DNA of 64,000 nucleotides from Phoronis australis (Eukaryota > Animalia > Phoronida): positions 387,574-451,573 of the forward strand of contig NMRA01000257.1 in the NCBI GenBank assembly GCA_002633005.1. Reading direction: 5' to 3'. The position numbers were made by a program, and so were the translations under genes. Positions within the stretch are counted from its first letter, which is position 1, and the number at the start of each line of letters is the position of its first letter. Under the pieces are notes generated by a model. It saw only the letters and a list, made by a program, of their open reading frames with translations. It was not told the origin of the DNA and made no database searches. This document shows, piece by piece, positions 14,640 to 28,431 of the stretch.

Positions 14640-14925
14640 AATCATCATCATCATCGCTATCGTCGTCATTGCCTTCGTCACCATCACCATTATTGCCATC
14701 GCCATCACCACCACTGCCATCATCGCCATTGCCGCCATTAGCATCACTATCGCCATCATCACCATTGCCATTAGCATCACTATCGCCATCATCACAATTG
14801 CCATTAGCATCACTATCGCCATCATCACCATTGCCATTAGCATCACTATCGCCATCATCACCATCGCCATGACCACCATCATCACCACAATCACCACCAA
14901 CACAATTGCTATCACAATCACAATC
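14640..14925. repeat. ATC/ACC/GCC triplet-derived minisatellite with a 33-bp unit
   Basis: attgccattagcatcactatcgccatcatcacc repeated about 4 times within a (CAT/CAC)-rich tract. Confidence 0.85.
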
Positions 14926-15516
14926 AAGTATTGGTGAAAAAATTTGTTAAAGAAACAAAAGTTTGTGTATGGGAGGCAATTGGCAAGAAAGCAAGGAATG
15001 ATCACTCAATAAAAAAGTCATTGTTCTTCAAAAATGAGAAGACCACTGCCAGCCAGCATAAACCAGCGAAACCAGCGTCACACAGTGGTCATCAAGAAAT
15101 CTAAAAATAACTTGAGAACGGTGAGTCATAGCGAGAAACGAACGGCACACTACAATAGGTCTTGACAAGATCTATAGTTTCAGAAAGATTGGCCAAAGGG
15201 TGCCGTAGCCATGGCAATCAGTAAGAGAATAGTGATTGGAAAATCTCAAATAAACAGTAAGTTGTAGCAGCTGACATGCTTGCAAATAGCTCGTGGCGAG
15301 TTCTACTTACATACAAGTGTTAACCAGTATGTCAGTGGGTTCAAGTGAATCAGTGACACATACCTGGGTACTATTTGAAAACATTCAGATGTTAAGTCAC
15401 CGTGTGGGATTCGCTACTCTCCTTTCCATGTCGTAAAATACCATTTGTGTATGTTGACAGCGCATTTTCGTTTTAGCAAGCGCTATTTTAAAAACACTAC
15501 ACTGTCTTCTGCCAAT

Positions 15517-15587
15517 TCTAGCTTTCTCAAGAGTCCTCTCATATGCATGTCCTTACCAGTGTATCAGAGGACTCTGAGAAAGCTAGA
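15517..15587. mobile_element. Small fold-back/MITE
   Basis: tctagctttctca.gagtcctct ... agaggactctgagaaagctaga inverted arms of about 23 bp. Confidence 0.55.
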
Positions 15588-15761
15588 CTCCACAGATGCT
15601 AGAATATAATTTAATACCACTAGCATAAAATATCAATAAACTCTTACAATTTCATAGCCCATTATAACAATTATGCTTGTGGTAACAAATGACACACAAA
15701 CTGTTTGGTTACAAGTACTTCAATACATGTGCATGACCAAAACCATTAATTGGTCACTTAC

Positions 15762-15916
15762 CAAGAAACAGTGAACGTGTGAGTGACTTTCCGCAGTGTA
15801 GCTTGCCCACTCGTAGACCTCTGGCAATAATATCTGCTACCCTATCGCTCTCAGTGTCACTGAACAACTGAAAGCACAGTACATCTTTGGATGACTTGAG
15901 TGCACTCTTGGATTTC
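15762..15916 (-). CDS. TEX15: TEX15-like coding exon 3: KSKSALKSSKDVLCFQLFSDTESDRVADIIARGLRVGKLHCGKSLTRSLFL(G)
   Basis: Acceptor cattttgcag, donor G|GTAAGT; 155 nt, phase 2 to 1; open in the joined frame (not the frame in the ORF track); CF...I..RGL...LG pattern. Confidence 0.85.
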
Positions 15917-18900
15917 CTGCAAAATGCATCATTGAAAAATACACGAACTCAGGCTGAGAAGAAAAAATGTAGCTCACTGAATTTTGCAAGTCATCAAAGG
16001 CAGAGCCAAATATATTAGGCAAGACTCTATCACATCTATTACAGCACCTAGTCTTTCAAACTGACTTCACAAATTAAGGAAGCTATAAATTGACCTATTT
16101 GCCAAAATAGGAACTGAAGACTTGGTGACAGTTTCGAAACAGCGCCTAAAAACTAGTCAGAAATTTTGTCTTTAACTCGCATGACTTGAGGTTAACTCAA
16201 ACCTTATTTAGTAGCCTTTGTTCTAACTCCTATATAAGAAAAACTAAGCTTTGTCAGCTAGTAAAAGTATATATTTTCCGAAAGAAAAAGACCAGGGATT
16301 ATAAAAATGTTTTGTAAACCATTATTATTATTATGTTAACACCTTTTTTAAGTCAAAATTTCATTTTTAAGAAACGTACATTCACAGCAAAATAACAACT
16401 CGGTCAATTTTAATGAAATCTTTTTTAAATGAAAACTTCACTACTTACCTCAAAAATGCTGTTAGGGATTTTGGATTGGTCTTTCCGTTTTGTTTTTTAT
16501 GACAAATCAACACGTACAACAAGGTATTTTTGTAAAAAATAGAAGTTTTATTCGTCCTTGTTACATTACGCAAAAATTAGACCTTTACATCAAAAATCCT
16601 AACTGCAATTTTGAGATTGATGAAAAAATATTAAGTTTGGAAAGTTTCAGCAAAATCCACCAAGCTGTTTCTAAGTTCAAATAAAGTCGATTTGTCGAAA
16701 CGGAGAAAAAGCTGATTAAACTGGGACGAGTGAAAATATCAGTCTTCAGTTAATTATGCGGTGAAAACTTGTTTTTGGTCAATGTAACCTATACATGCCT
16801 TAACTGTTTACCGTAGCTATTTCAACATTCAATCGCAGTGTCAACTGAATTTGCATTGAGTAATTATCTTAATTATCAATAAAATGTACCATCCCTTAGC
16901 CACAAAGTGGGATCAATTGTTATAAACGAAGTCTGTGACACATCACATGCCGGGGGGGAAACTGATACAAAACCAAGTAAGAAATGGATAATAAAAATCG
17001 AGTTGGTGGTTAAAGCATGTCGTTAGTATAAGATTGAAACAGCGAAATGTCAGTTTTTACTTATTGAATTAAGGAATTTGGGCGAGGACTTATATCTTTT
17101 CACAACATGCAGTGTTCATGACCATAGAGGCCTGAGGTGGCTCATAGCATTCGTTTTCAAAGGTTGTGTGCATGTAGACGCACATCCTCAAGATCAAAAC
17201 TGTGTTTTGTCTTGGTTTTCCCCAGCACCGTTCTGACTCAATCTCATGGTGACTCAGTGAATGAAAGGACGTGAGGGTATATACGAAGCTGCTCTGTACC
17301 TGGCGGGCAATTCAATTTGAGTGACAGCCCTGAAACAAATATCCACGCGGTTGTGCGGTTCCAAGGCCGTTCAGCTGAATCTTTTTTCTCGATACACAGT
17401 ATATATTTTGTATTTGAAGTATCTCGAGAATGAAGATATGGTATTTTGCTAGATACACATGAAATGTAAAAATGGTCGATTTTGCCACGTAATTGTTAGC
17501 ACATTAGACACAGTTTAGCACTACTTTATGTACATAAATTATTTGATTAGTCTGCAATTAGCACATCCCGACTTCAACAGGTCTTCTTTTCCACAAGTAG
17601 AAAAAAAACATTGCTATTAAACAAGTTAGTAAGACTGCCGCTAATGGCGATGTGAATATGAAGTAGGTTGAAAATTGCCAATGTTTTTTAAGAACAGTTT
17701 TATGGTGATAATGATCCCTCGCAAATCACTGAACCGTGCTGAGTAAATATCCTGACATGGTGTTGGGGAATAACACTGCATGATATGGGCTACATGAATT
17801 GGTGCAAAGGTCACCTATATGCACAATTAATTGTTTTCACATTTACAAGTTGTCAATGAATACAAGTACACTTTGTTCAGAGATTCTGTTAAAGTAGTAT
17901 TGTCATTTAGTTCCTGCTATACATTAGCATAGTTGGGAGCATGCAAATACATCTTTAAGTAATCCGTACTTGCATCTGAAGCATACAGTGGTTGAGGCAC
18001 CACCAGTACACACTGGGCTGTGACAGGGACAAATAGCAGAATCTAGAGCACGCTGCATAACCTAACTGCCAAGTAAGACAGGGATGTCGCAAGAGGACAA
18101 GTTCCACTTAGACTTTCATACCACTTTGTTTCACTTTCAACCTCCTCAAATATCTCCCACATCCCTTATACATTTTAAATATTACTTAAGTTGTCTCATC
18201 CGGTCATTTGAGAAAAACTCCTCATTCAACGTGACTGGCAGGGTCAGAAAAATTAGCAAACCTACATTTAAGACCATCCCTAATTCATCCGATGTAAGGT
18301 TGCCTCAGTTTAGTATTCAATGACATGGCTGAACAACCACTTCACTTTCGTATTTCAGAATGTAATTTACCTGTTTGTGTCCCTAAAAGTTTAAAATCTA
18401 CAGTTGAGCCAGATCTGTATAATATTCATGGCATTGATGCGCGCAAAATTTATTGATATTACATGGAAATTAGACACAATGTGAGGTCTGAAAGGAGCGA
18501 ATGTGATGCTTATTACCAAGAATGCAGGAAGGGGTGACAATGTTTCATGAGTCTATTTTAAGGGCATGGCTTCTTCTCAACGCCCATATAAATATTTTCA
18601 GTTGTTTTTTGCATTGGGGACACATGAGGTATAAAGGTATACTGTACTGAAGGTTTGTATTGGTGACACATGAGGTATAAAGGTGTACCGTACTGCAAGT
18701 TTGTATTGTAGTAACTGATTTTCAAGTATCAGTGCAATTTTCGTTTACATCAGTCCTGTACCTGTCACGTGACATCAAAGTTGTTTGGAAAAAAACATTT
18801 TGAACTGGAAGGTACACTTACACTAGTAAATGTAGTAAAAAACAGCTCATTCTGTATCAAGACATGAGGAACTAAAAGTTCACTAGGTGTCACAAGTGAA

Positions 18901-19443
18901 GCAATGGACCTTACCATAGAAACGTCGACATTCAGGCTAATTGCACAAATGAACGCCCTCGTGCAGATGAATTACCTTCTGCTCTCAATCTATTCTATCG
19001 TTAAAAAGAAGGATTTCTAATCCTGAGCACCACCTCGTGAGTATTGAGTCACTCAACTAGGGAAGTATCGGCAACAGGGGATTGTGACTGAGACTAGGAG
19101 TCTGAGCCTACTTGGTGCCTGAGCAAAGCACAGGCAGCAGCTAGCCTGATAATACAATCAAATTTTGAAAAGAAATTGAAACAAGTTTTAGCCATATCAA
19201 CAATGGGAAGGACTCTATTCTGAATCAACATAAGGTTAATCACCTTAACTCATGTACATCAATCAGCATTTGAATTTCTTATCAGACTACATAGTCAACC
19301 TGGCTTCACATTTAGTCACTTTGTGCAACTAATAGTGTCAGCTAAGGCTCATTTTCCATCTGCTTGGAAAACAGACCTCAGCCTTCCCATCTAGTCACGG
19401 TATCGAGTGCATGCAAAGCTGATCTGGTACAATGGTCACTTAC

Positions 19444-19594
19444 CTGTAGGAGGCAGTAAGTGCCGCATTGTTGCACAACTTTACTTCAGAAATTTTCCAC
19501 CTCTTTTCAAGAGCATAAGCCTTGTCCAAAAACGATTTTCTTATACACGTCAGGATTTGTTGCCTGTCATAAGGTTGCGCAGCAGTCACACCTT
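19444..19594 (-). CDS. TEX15: TEX15-like coding exon 2: (E)GVTAAQPYDRQQILTCIRKSFLDKAYALEKRWKISEVKLCNNAALTASY(R)
   Basis: Acceptor ctttggtttcag, donor AG|GTAAGT; 151 nt, phase 1 to 2, consistent with both neighbours; W...KL.NN.L pattern of the DUF3715 N-terminal part. Confidence 0.85.
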
Positions 19595-22500
19595 CTGAAA
19601 CCAAAGCGATATGTAACGTGTTATGAACAGGGTTTTTTCCATGCCACAATGACTACTGGAATTTCCAGTCTAAAGAAGTTCATTCTGCACACTGCAAATT
19701 ACCCTGCCACAACGACACCTATAGAGCTGACTAGTCCTGTGAAAGGATTGTCACCAATAAGCAGAAATCCGTATCTGGTAATCAGTGCTCAAGTGTTGGC
19801 TTGTATGTTAGTTGCCTATCACATGACATCCATGTGTGGTGACTACAGAGTACATATCAAACCCAATCTTAGGCTTATTATTGCCTTGACAGAACTTCCT
19901 AACAATTATACTTTTAAATAGGTCATCTCTCAAGTATATAAAGGACAAACAAAATAAAATGCATTTTGTGTTTTGCACATTCTAAATTACAACATTTTTT
20001 ATCGAGTGCTGTGTTTACACATCGCCCCATTTCCAGGTGTGACAATAATGACCATTCAGCGAGGTATAACACTGGTGAACAATGTTGCTTATTAAAGCCA
20101 CACTTTGCTCTGTTTACCTGGCTAAAAACCAAATTCTTTACATTCCCCAACACCAGAAAAGTAATCAATATTGGAGATATGCATGAGCTAAACAACGCTG
20201 TAAAAATTTTGAAACCTAATTTTATTTTCACCGAAGATTACCGGTATTACTTTTCCTAAAGGTTTAGTACGTGCAACATCTGCTGCAGTACAGTACAAGA
20301 CAAAAGTAATCAGGCAAGATTCTGTTTTCCCCATCGTAATGATCAATTCTGTTAACAGCAAAAATTGCTGGTCACAAACATTAGGGCATCAAAATTCAAT
20401 TTACAGAATGAATAACCACCATAACAACTTTCCTGTTAATTCCCCTTCATTCTTGGTTAACGGACGGTGGATATGGCTTTCAGCCGTCGTGAGGCCGAAC
20501 TCTGTTTCAGCTCATTTTGTCTTAACACATTAGATACATCCTCATCGAAATCCAAACGCTCAACCGACATAAATTCTAGATATTTATAAGACTTATTTTA
20601 ATTAGTTGTATCAGTACGAGGCATAAATTCAAAATACTTCTGTAATTGGACTTTAGTTGAAAATGTAAAACATTAGTTTCCGTCATTCACAACCACCCTT
20701 TAGTAAAATTGACAAAAATATCTTGGAAATGTACGATAGTTCATTGCCAGAGAGAAAATCCTACATCATCAGCATATAACAAAACAAAAACTGGTTTAGT
20801 GTCTCCAAAATTAATACCTTTTCTAGCACATTCAGTATCACTAACTCAATGAGCTAAGAGTGATGAGGATAACATGTCACCATGGCGCACGCCATTTTCA
20901 GGATTAAACCAATCTGTGTAATAATTTCCATTCAAACAAATATATCTTCAAGATTTTTATACATTACTTTAATAACCTTGAATATGCAATCATTCAGATC
21001 AATTTTAATACTTAGGGTTAACATATAAAAATTAGTTAGGTATTTAAAATGGTGGACATCAAAAATACGGAAAATGGGTGCTTTGATGGAAAACCTTTGG
21101 AAATGACATTTAAGTAAGCAGAGATTTATTTACACCAAAAGGTGTCTGGACGTCAGCCCAAAAATGCCTGCCCGACACAGGCACCAAGTGCTATTTATCT
21201 TAAAATGTGTATTTCATAAAATTATTGATGTGCCTGTTGCAATATGACTTAAATTGTGTGATAAGAAAAGTGTTCCCATTGTACAAAATGGGGCAGAGGT
21301 TAGGGGACTGAATACTGGTGACGAAGGACTTTGACAGGTCACACAACAAATTTTGTAGATTTTTGTCAAACAAATTTTGTAGATTTTAGTCGCACCCAGG
21401 CAGAAATGTTGCGAATGAACCACTATGAGAGCCTAGAGAATAAGATAAAATAAGATAAAACATTCATTTAAACTCTTTAAGATACAAAATATCAGTAGCT
21501 AAAGTGCGCTATAAACTTAAGCTGCAGAAAATAACAGATTGTTGGAATCTTGAATGGACATCAAACCCAGTTTTGGCCTATAAACAGATATTAAAAATGA
21601 CCTTCTCATTCAATTCTCTGGAACAAAATAATGCTCTACAACCCTAGACAACCCTCAAAAGTCTGGAAGAAATTAATTTTGAAAACTACTTTCTAAGTCT
21701 GCTTAATGAGCAAGCATGACCTATGTACATCTTTAGCGAACTACATGGCAACTGTGGGAAAAGACTAACTCACCAATGACCATAATGTCTAATTTGAGAC
21801 ATTGGGATTTAAGTTTTAAGTCGATTCCTGCTTTTGTCTTTTAGCATTGGTACCAACATTGAAAGGCCCTACAGACATAGATGAACTAGAAAATGATTTA
21901 TGAAAAAATTGACTCGTGACCAGGCTAACAGCTGATCCAAACAAAGGCGATAAGACTATATGGCGTGACGGGAACTGTTTTGCGTACACTTTACATTCAG
22001 TCACTCGTTTATTGTTAATAATCCAGCAAATACATGAATAAAATCCCCCGCCGTCGGCAAACGCAGGCAGTGACCCCTGCCAAAAACTCCGATGGCAGAA
22101 GTAAGAGTTTCTATAGTTCCCAAGCATTGACGCTTCGCTCTTAAATTCACATGTTTACTTCGGAGTTAGCTCACACTGTTGACTTTGATTCAAGACCGAA
22201 CTTAGGTGTTAAGCATCAAGCTTCAGCGCCAGAGGGAAAGGACTGGCCTTTAAATGATTTTGATCAATGGAAAATCAATTTCTTTAGTCCAACACTGATG
22301 ACATTTTACCATGTAAACTGTAATACAATAGCCCTTTAACAAGTTAAATTGGCCTGCTGGTTATGGTGTCTTTTACCCATATCCTTCTGTCCAAACAATG
22401 CTTTCAGAACCAGTTGACCACACAACTTCACAGTACCTTGTTCATCTCTGTGGAACAATTGTAATATTCAACAGGATACACAGGGACACTTGTCACTATC

Positions 22501-25088
22501 TGAATTCTTCGATAGTGCCATCTGATAGAGACAGAGTTCCAACAATGGAGAACATACCTACTCAACATTACAGACTGCACCTACCTTGCCTCACTCCAGC
22601 CCATTATCTGTTGATAAGCAACAGATTCTACATGACACTTTTGCCATGCCACAATTTTTTTATTGTTTGACTGCATAACATCAATCAATTCAACTGCAGA
22701 AAGCAAGAGGAACAGACTGGAGTTTTCAGAGATGCAAAATTAGGCCATAGTACAGCAATTTGAAAAATTGGTCATAAATATATAAGGATGCCGACAACAA
22801 TCAATAAAATTTGTAATGCACTCTTCATCCATCAAAATATGAAAATTGTAACCATTCTAGGTCTCACTTGAAATCTAACATTTTAAAAGCAATGTAATTC
22901 ATACCAATTAAGCTCTATCTTACCCAGTTGTATCAAAGCTCATCACAAAGCCATTAATTTCCCTCTGGTGTCAATGATGAAATATCAATGTGGCAATNAG
23001 TGCCATCTGATAGAGACAGAGTTCCAACAATGGAGAACATACCTACTCAACATTACAGACTGCACCTACCTTGCTTCACTCCAGCCCATTATCTGTTGAT
23101 AAGCAACAGATTCTACACGACACTTTTGCCATGCCACAATTTTATTATTGTTTGACTGCATAATATCAATCAATTCAACTGCAGAAAGCAAGAGGAACAG
23201 ACTGGAGTTTTCAGAGATGCAAAATTAGGCCATAGTACAGCAATTTGAAAAATTGGTCATAAATATAAAAGGATGCCGACAACAATCAATAAAATTTGTA
23301 ATGCACTCTTCATCCATCAAAATATGAAAATTGTAACCACTCTAGGTCTCACTTGAAATCTAACATTTTAAAAGCAATGTAATTCATACCAATTAAGCTC
23401 TATCTTACCCAGTTGTATCAAAGCTCATCACAAAGCCATTAATTTCCCTCTGGTGTCAATGATGAAATATCAATGTGGCAATTGCTAACAATAACCTGCT
23501 GTGATCAATGTCATGTGTCCATTTCCTATTGGTAGAGACCAGCCTCAACCAGCAGACTTGAATCCAATAGAACTACACTTAAGATGCACATGTGACAACA
23601 AACACAACAGGTTGAAGTCAATGACACATAATGGGTTAGGTGAAACATATCAGTTTTAAGCTTCATTGAGCAAAGAAAATGAAAACAAAATACATTAACA
23701 AAACACACATTCCAAGTTGAATTTAGGAGCTTGGTATGTTATTGATTGCTTTGTGAAAGATAAAATTTGCAACAAAACCAATATTGTTTCAAAGGGTTCC
23801 TATGCACATAACTAACCTTACAATAGTCAATGTAAATTGAGTTTGTTTTTTGTAATGTCTTGACCATCATCTCAGATGAGAAACAGGATGAAATCTTAAT
23901 AAGCTGAACATTCACAGCAAAAAATACTAAGAATGTTTTCCTTCACTGTTACACAGGTCAGTCAAACTAGGAAGGGAGTGTGGGGGGCATCCAACCACAA
24001 TTTTCGGGTGAAAATGTCTAACGACTGAAAACAGCATGCTGACCAAAGTTTCCTTTACATTTGGTGGTGTTCCCCAAGGACTAAGGCCTAATAACATGGC
24101 TAGTTCTGTGCACCTTCCCTTAAACACTTCCTTAACACTCGAGCACTTGTAGCCAATGTGTGAATTAGTACTATTGGCGAAAATTGAAAGTGTAATATAA
24201 TGTCATGCAAAATCAGGTCACCTTTCTCTGTATATTACTTGTTATACAGTTTGCAAGAAGTATTGTAATTGATTTGTAACAGAATTGATTGAGTGCTGCT
24301 GCATTCAATAATAGCAAAGATTGGAGGACAATCTAGCTGTATCATGAGTCTGCCATAACAGTACAAAAGAATTACTAATATCAAGAGATTTGAAGATAAT
24401 CAAGCTGGACTTAGGGTCTGTCATAACTGTTACACAAGTTCACCAATGACATGATAAATTTTCGGTTCTGGCGCGAAAAATTCTGGTTTTGAGTTTATTA
24501 TTTTTGATCCTGCAGACAATTCTTGAATAGAAAATTTGTGTCCAGGATATTTTTTTGCTTTGGCTTTCCATACAAGTGGCATGAAATAGGCATCATAACA
24601 CATGAATGCCAACACCATTACAGAAGGTATGCTGACAAGTTGTCACTTGAACTTACTTTAAATGAAATGTACCATAGGCCTAGGGTACCAATGTGTCCTG
24701 TCTCTCAACTATAGTTGAACATGGTATACCATTTTCAAGGATCAGCGACTATAAATGATCATCCTAACCTTGACCACAGAAAAATGTCCAAAAATTGGCT
24801 AACAACGTTTTTCAGAAATGGCTGGTCTTATTCACAGAAAATTTGCACTTTCTCCAAAACACTGTTAGGAATTGTTCTTAAATTTCTGCTCCACTTATGC
24901 AAAAGGGCTATTAAAAAATAAAGCTCAAGATTTTCGTGAATGACTCAAAATTTGCATAAAACGATATAACCTTATTCTCAAAATTTGGTCTTGTTATCAA
25001 TACTGTTATTTTAGTACAACTATATTTAGCTAAATTTAACTATAAAACACATGACCGGATGATCCAAATGAGGGATTGCCAAAAACTC

Positions 25089-25530
25089 AACAAGAGCAAC
25101 GCAAAGCCTTGAAATATGCTAAGGCAGGTTTTTTAGTATCATAAGAATGACCACTAGGTGGCACAGAATACAATGAATCTGTTCCAAAATGGGCAGGCAT
25201 CATCATCTCCCAAACAGAAACCTATTTAATTTCATGAAAATCCACCCAGGAACTCCAAAGATACAGTGGCAAATGTAAAATAATAAAATTGCTAGGAGAT
25301 ACAGCGGTAGTTGGATCCTCCCGAAAGAAGTCGCTGTCTGTTGTCACGTTCATAGAAGTACACGCCAAAGTACACAAAGCTCCAGTAAGGATTAAAGGAG
25401 ATACAGGTATAAATGCAAAAATCTAAGCTGTCATTAGGGGGTGCCACACTCGTTGGACCTAGGAATTTGAAAATCAAAGTCAGATGTGTGGTTTAGTAGA
25501 GGGCAGACACAAAAAATGAAAGCGCTTTGA
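25089..25530 (+). mobile_element. Degenerate pearl/HINE-like element with its 5' end
   Basis: Starts aacaagagcaacgc like 33767; CCACTAGGTGGCAC at 25151; three decayed ~140-bp units. Confidence 0.7.
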
Positions 25531-26199
25531 GGAACGATGCTTGACAACATCAAAAAAGTTAAGTTGAGGTCAACAACGAAACTTGAAGAAAATTAAGAAC
25601 CACAACCCCAATGCTTATTTCACCAACACCAGGAAATGATGAAATACTAAATGTGCCTACAGGAATAATTCAATAAATGATAGCCATCAAATCAGAAAAC
25701 ATTGAATAATTCAAAAATGGCAAGTCGTAATGAGAAACCAATCACGCATTGCAGAAAGCCTGTGAGATCTATTTACAAACAAAATTTGAAAAGATTCAGC
25801 CAACGGATGAATGAGCTTAATTGCTCCACAAATATCAATTGAAAAATGGTCGTCACAGAGCCAGATTTCACTCATAAATAAAAGTCCTTGAGCTATTGAC
25901 TAGATGAACACTGCATGGAAATTTGATGTCAATCAGACGAAAAATACAATCTAGCAGTATAGCACGAATGTGATAGGACAACAGAGTGCTGCAGTTATGG
26001 CTCCACAAACAAAAATAGGGATAAATGGCCGCCACAATGCGATCTTGCTTCCTACTTGATTATATCAAAAATAATAGGCTTCAAGTAATTCACGAGACAC
26101 ATGTTCAATGTAAATTCCATGTTGATCTAGATAGGAAATTCAACCTGAAGCATGCGAACAATGGAACCTACCGTAATAAAAAAAAATTATGACATAGTA

Positions 26200-26450
26200 A
26201 CAGATTTGGAGAAATTTTCTTTCCACCAAGTAAAAAACTCTTAAATAATAAATAAGCCACTAGGAGGCGGAGAATATGTCGAATCTGTGTTAAGATGGAA
26301 AGACATGGTCGTCTCTTTATTAGAAATTTACTTGCCAAATTTGGTAAAAATCCATCACCTAACCACAGGCAAAGGTGAAAAAATAAATTGCACAGCTGCA
26401 GTCAGATCAAATCAGAGACATACCATCAGCGTTGCAGAAACATATCTGCC
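26200..26450 (+). mobile_element. Fragment of the pearl/HINE-like family
   Basis: gccactaggaggcgg at 26256 followed by the conserved gccaaatttggtaaaaatcc block. Confidence 0.5.
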
Positions 26451-26455
26451 AAATT

Positions 26456-26599
26456 AAGGAAATTCATCCATAATCAAGGAAACTCATTCATAATCATGGA
26501 AACTAATTCATAATCAAGGAAACTCATCCATAACCAAGGAAACTCATCCATAATCATGGAAACTCATCCATAATCAAGGAAACTCATCCATAATCAAGG
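26456..26599. repeat. 20-bp minisatellite (aaggaaactcatccataatc) x7
   Basis: Direct tandem units visible. Confidence 0.9.
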
Positions 26600-27157
26600 T
26601 CAGCAGTGATCTTATATAACCTTAAATGACCACCAGTTGCAATAACTACTGCAATCTAATGACTAACAGACAAAATGCCCAATATTGCACTCCAATAGAA
26701 GTTATGACATCAGGGCTGCTGCGAACTAATGAAACAGTTCACAAACCCAATATGCAGCAGTTCACCAACTCATGAACTCAGACTGGACTTGCAAACACAG
26801 CTCACTGATTGCCATGATCACAGTGTCCGACGAACAAAAACGGCTTACGCACACTTCACCAATTCACAAACCCACGACGGCTTATTCACAAATTTAATAT
26901 GGTACATGGACTCCATGTCCACGTACACAGTGTTGGGCTGTCTGACGAGCTGAGTTACTGAGTTGGGAGCTGTGCCTGTGAATACGTAAGCAGTGTTTTA
27001 AGAATCCAGCACCAGGTTTTTGAGTATGTGAACAGAGTTTACAGGGCCCATGTGCCATGTTTACAAGTCTGGAACCATGTTCATGACTATGGCAGCCATG
27101 TTATTGCATCCCCTTATCAATGAATCGTTGTTAATTGACTTCAGGAAATAAAACATC

Positions 27158-27324
27158 ATAGGTCTTGAAAGTTTCACATGACGTATCTTATTACAGTCAC
27201 GTGTGGAACGTCATTGTTGTGATCATCATAATTGAAAGTAGTCAATCCACTCGTTAATGAGGAAATAAAACATCAGTTTACGTGACTGTAATAAGATACG
27301 TCATGTGAAACTTTCAAGACCTAT
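27158..27324. mobile_element. MITE-like element with perfect 45-bp inverted arms
   Basis: 27158-27202 ataggtcttgaaagtttcacatgacgtatcttattacagtcacgt is the exact reverse complement of 27280-27324. Confidence 0.8.
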
Positions 27325-28397
27325 CCATATTTCATTATTCAGTTGCCATGGAAGTGGTGCTATGGAGAACATAGCAACTTTAAAGAATGCAAATGACACT
27401 TTTTTCCACTATTTCTGGTGATATGAACTTTTTGTGTTTCACACTGTTTGCTCTCATTATATTTGACAAGTAAGCATATATCAGAACACACTCATTCGAT
27501 ATGATATTCGTATAATATACATATGTCTGGGCAAACGTAAATAACTAAAATTGATACTATGGGCCACAGCGGTAGTTGAATGGGTTCGAAATCCATTGTA
27601 ATCTGTCATCAGCTTCATGGAAACACATGGGCCAAACCTCTTTAGGATCCTGCTGGGGGGGGGTTAAGACATACCGTAGTGGACGCGAATGCCCAGATAG
27701 TGATGCTGTCAATGAAATATTTTATCTTATCAATTTATCGGAAAATTTAATTTAAAACAAAGAGCAACTAAATTTCAACCTATTTTGCTTGCCGGTTTTG
27801 AAAACTCAACATTGAAGATGTATTTGCATGCTCCGATTAATGTATAGCAGGAACTAAGGACAATGCTACTTTAACAGAATCTATGTTAAACAAAGTGCAC
27901 TTGTATTTATTGGCAACTTAGAAATGTGTAAACAAAAAATTCTGCGAATATATGACCTTTGCACAACCTCACATACCTACTGGACATGGTTCAGTGACCT
28001 GTGCCGTGACTTGCATTTTCGCCACACAACTGGTTCTTAAAAACATCAGGCAGTTTTTCAATCTACTTCATATTCAAATCACCGCCAAAATCAGCAAAAA
28101 ACCTACTCATGTCAGCAGCACTCACCCCTACCATGGAACTCCCCCCATTCCAACCATGAACACGATGTCCCGGTTAAGTGGGATTTCATTTTGTCAGATT
28201 TCTCAACATTACCTTGGAGGACCACAGAAGCTGGAAACACCTATGGCTGGGTCACCTCTGACATAAAACAAGCTTTAGGATGACAAGCAACATAAGACAT
28301 GAGGTTGCAAGACACTGCAATCAGGGAAACAGTCATAGAGAACATGTGGAGATGGAATAGATGTGTAACTCCTCTAGTGTAAATCAATTTAACTTAC

Positions 28398-28431
28398 CCA
28401 AGCTTGTTATCTTTGGAATAGTAAAATCCAT
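28398..28431 (-). CDS. TEX15: TEX15/TASOR-family (DUF3715) gene, first coding exon: MDFTIPKITSL(E)
   Basis: ATG at 28431-28429 with an in-frame TGA just upstream; acceptor ctctttcttgttttttag (exon begins 28442); donor G|GTAAGT at 28397. FTIPK is the N-terminal motif I recall from TEX15/TASOR. Phase 1 matches the next exon. Confidence 0.8.

Noticed and set aside
14436-15005. 189-aa Met/Ala/Val-rich hydrophobic ORF
   Set aside because: Product of a triplet-based minisatellite inside an intron; no splice or homology support.
22513-23482. ~485-bp near-identical tandem duplication
   Set aside because: The copies are separated by a single N and differ by a few SNPs/indels, which is typical of overlapping haplotype contig ends in a draft assembly.
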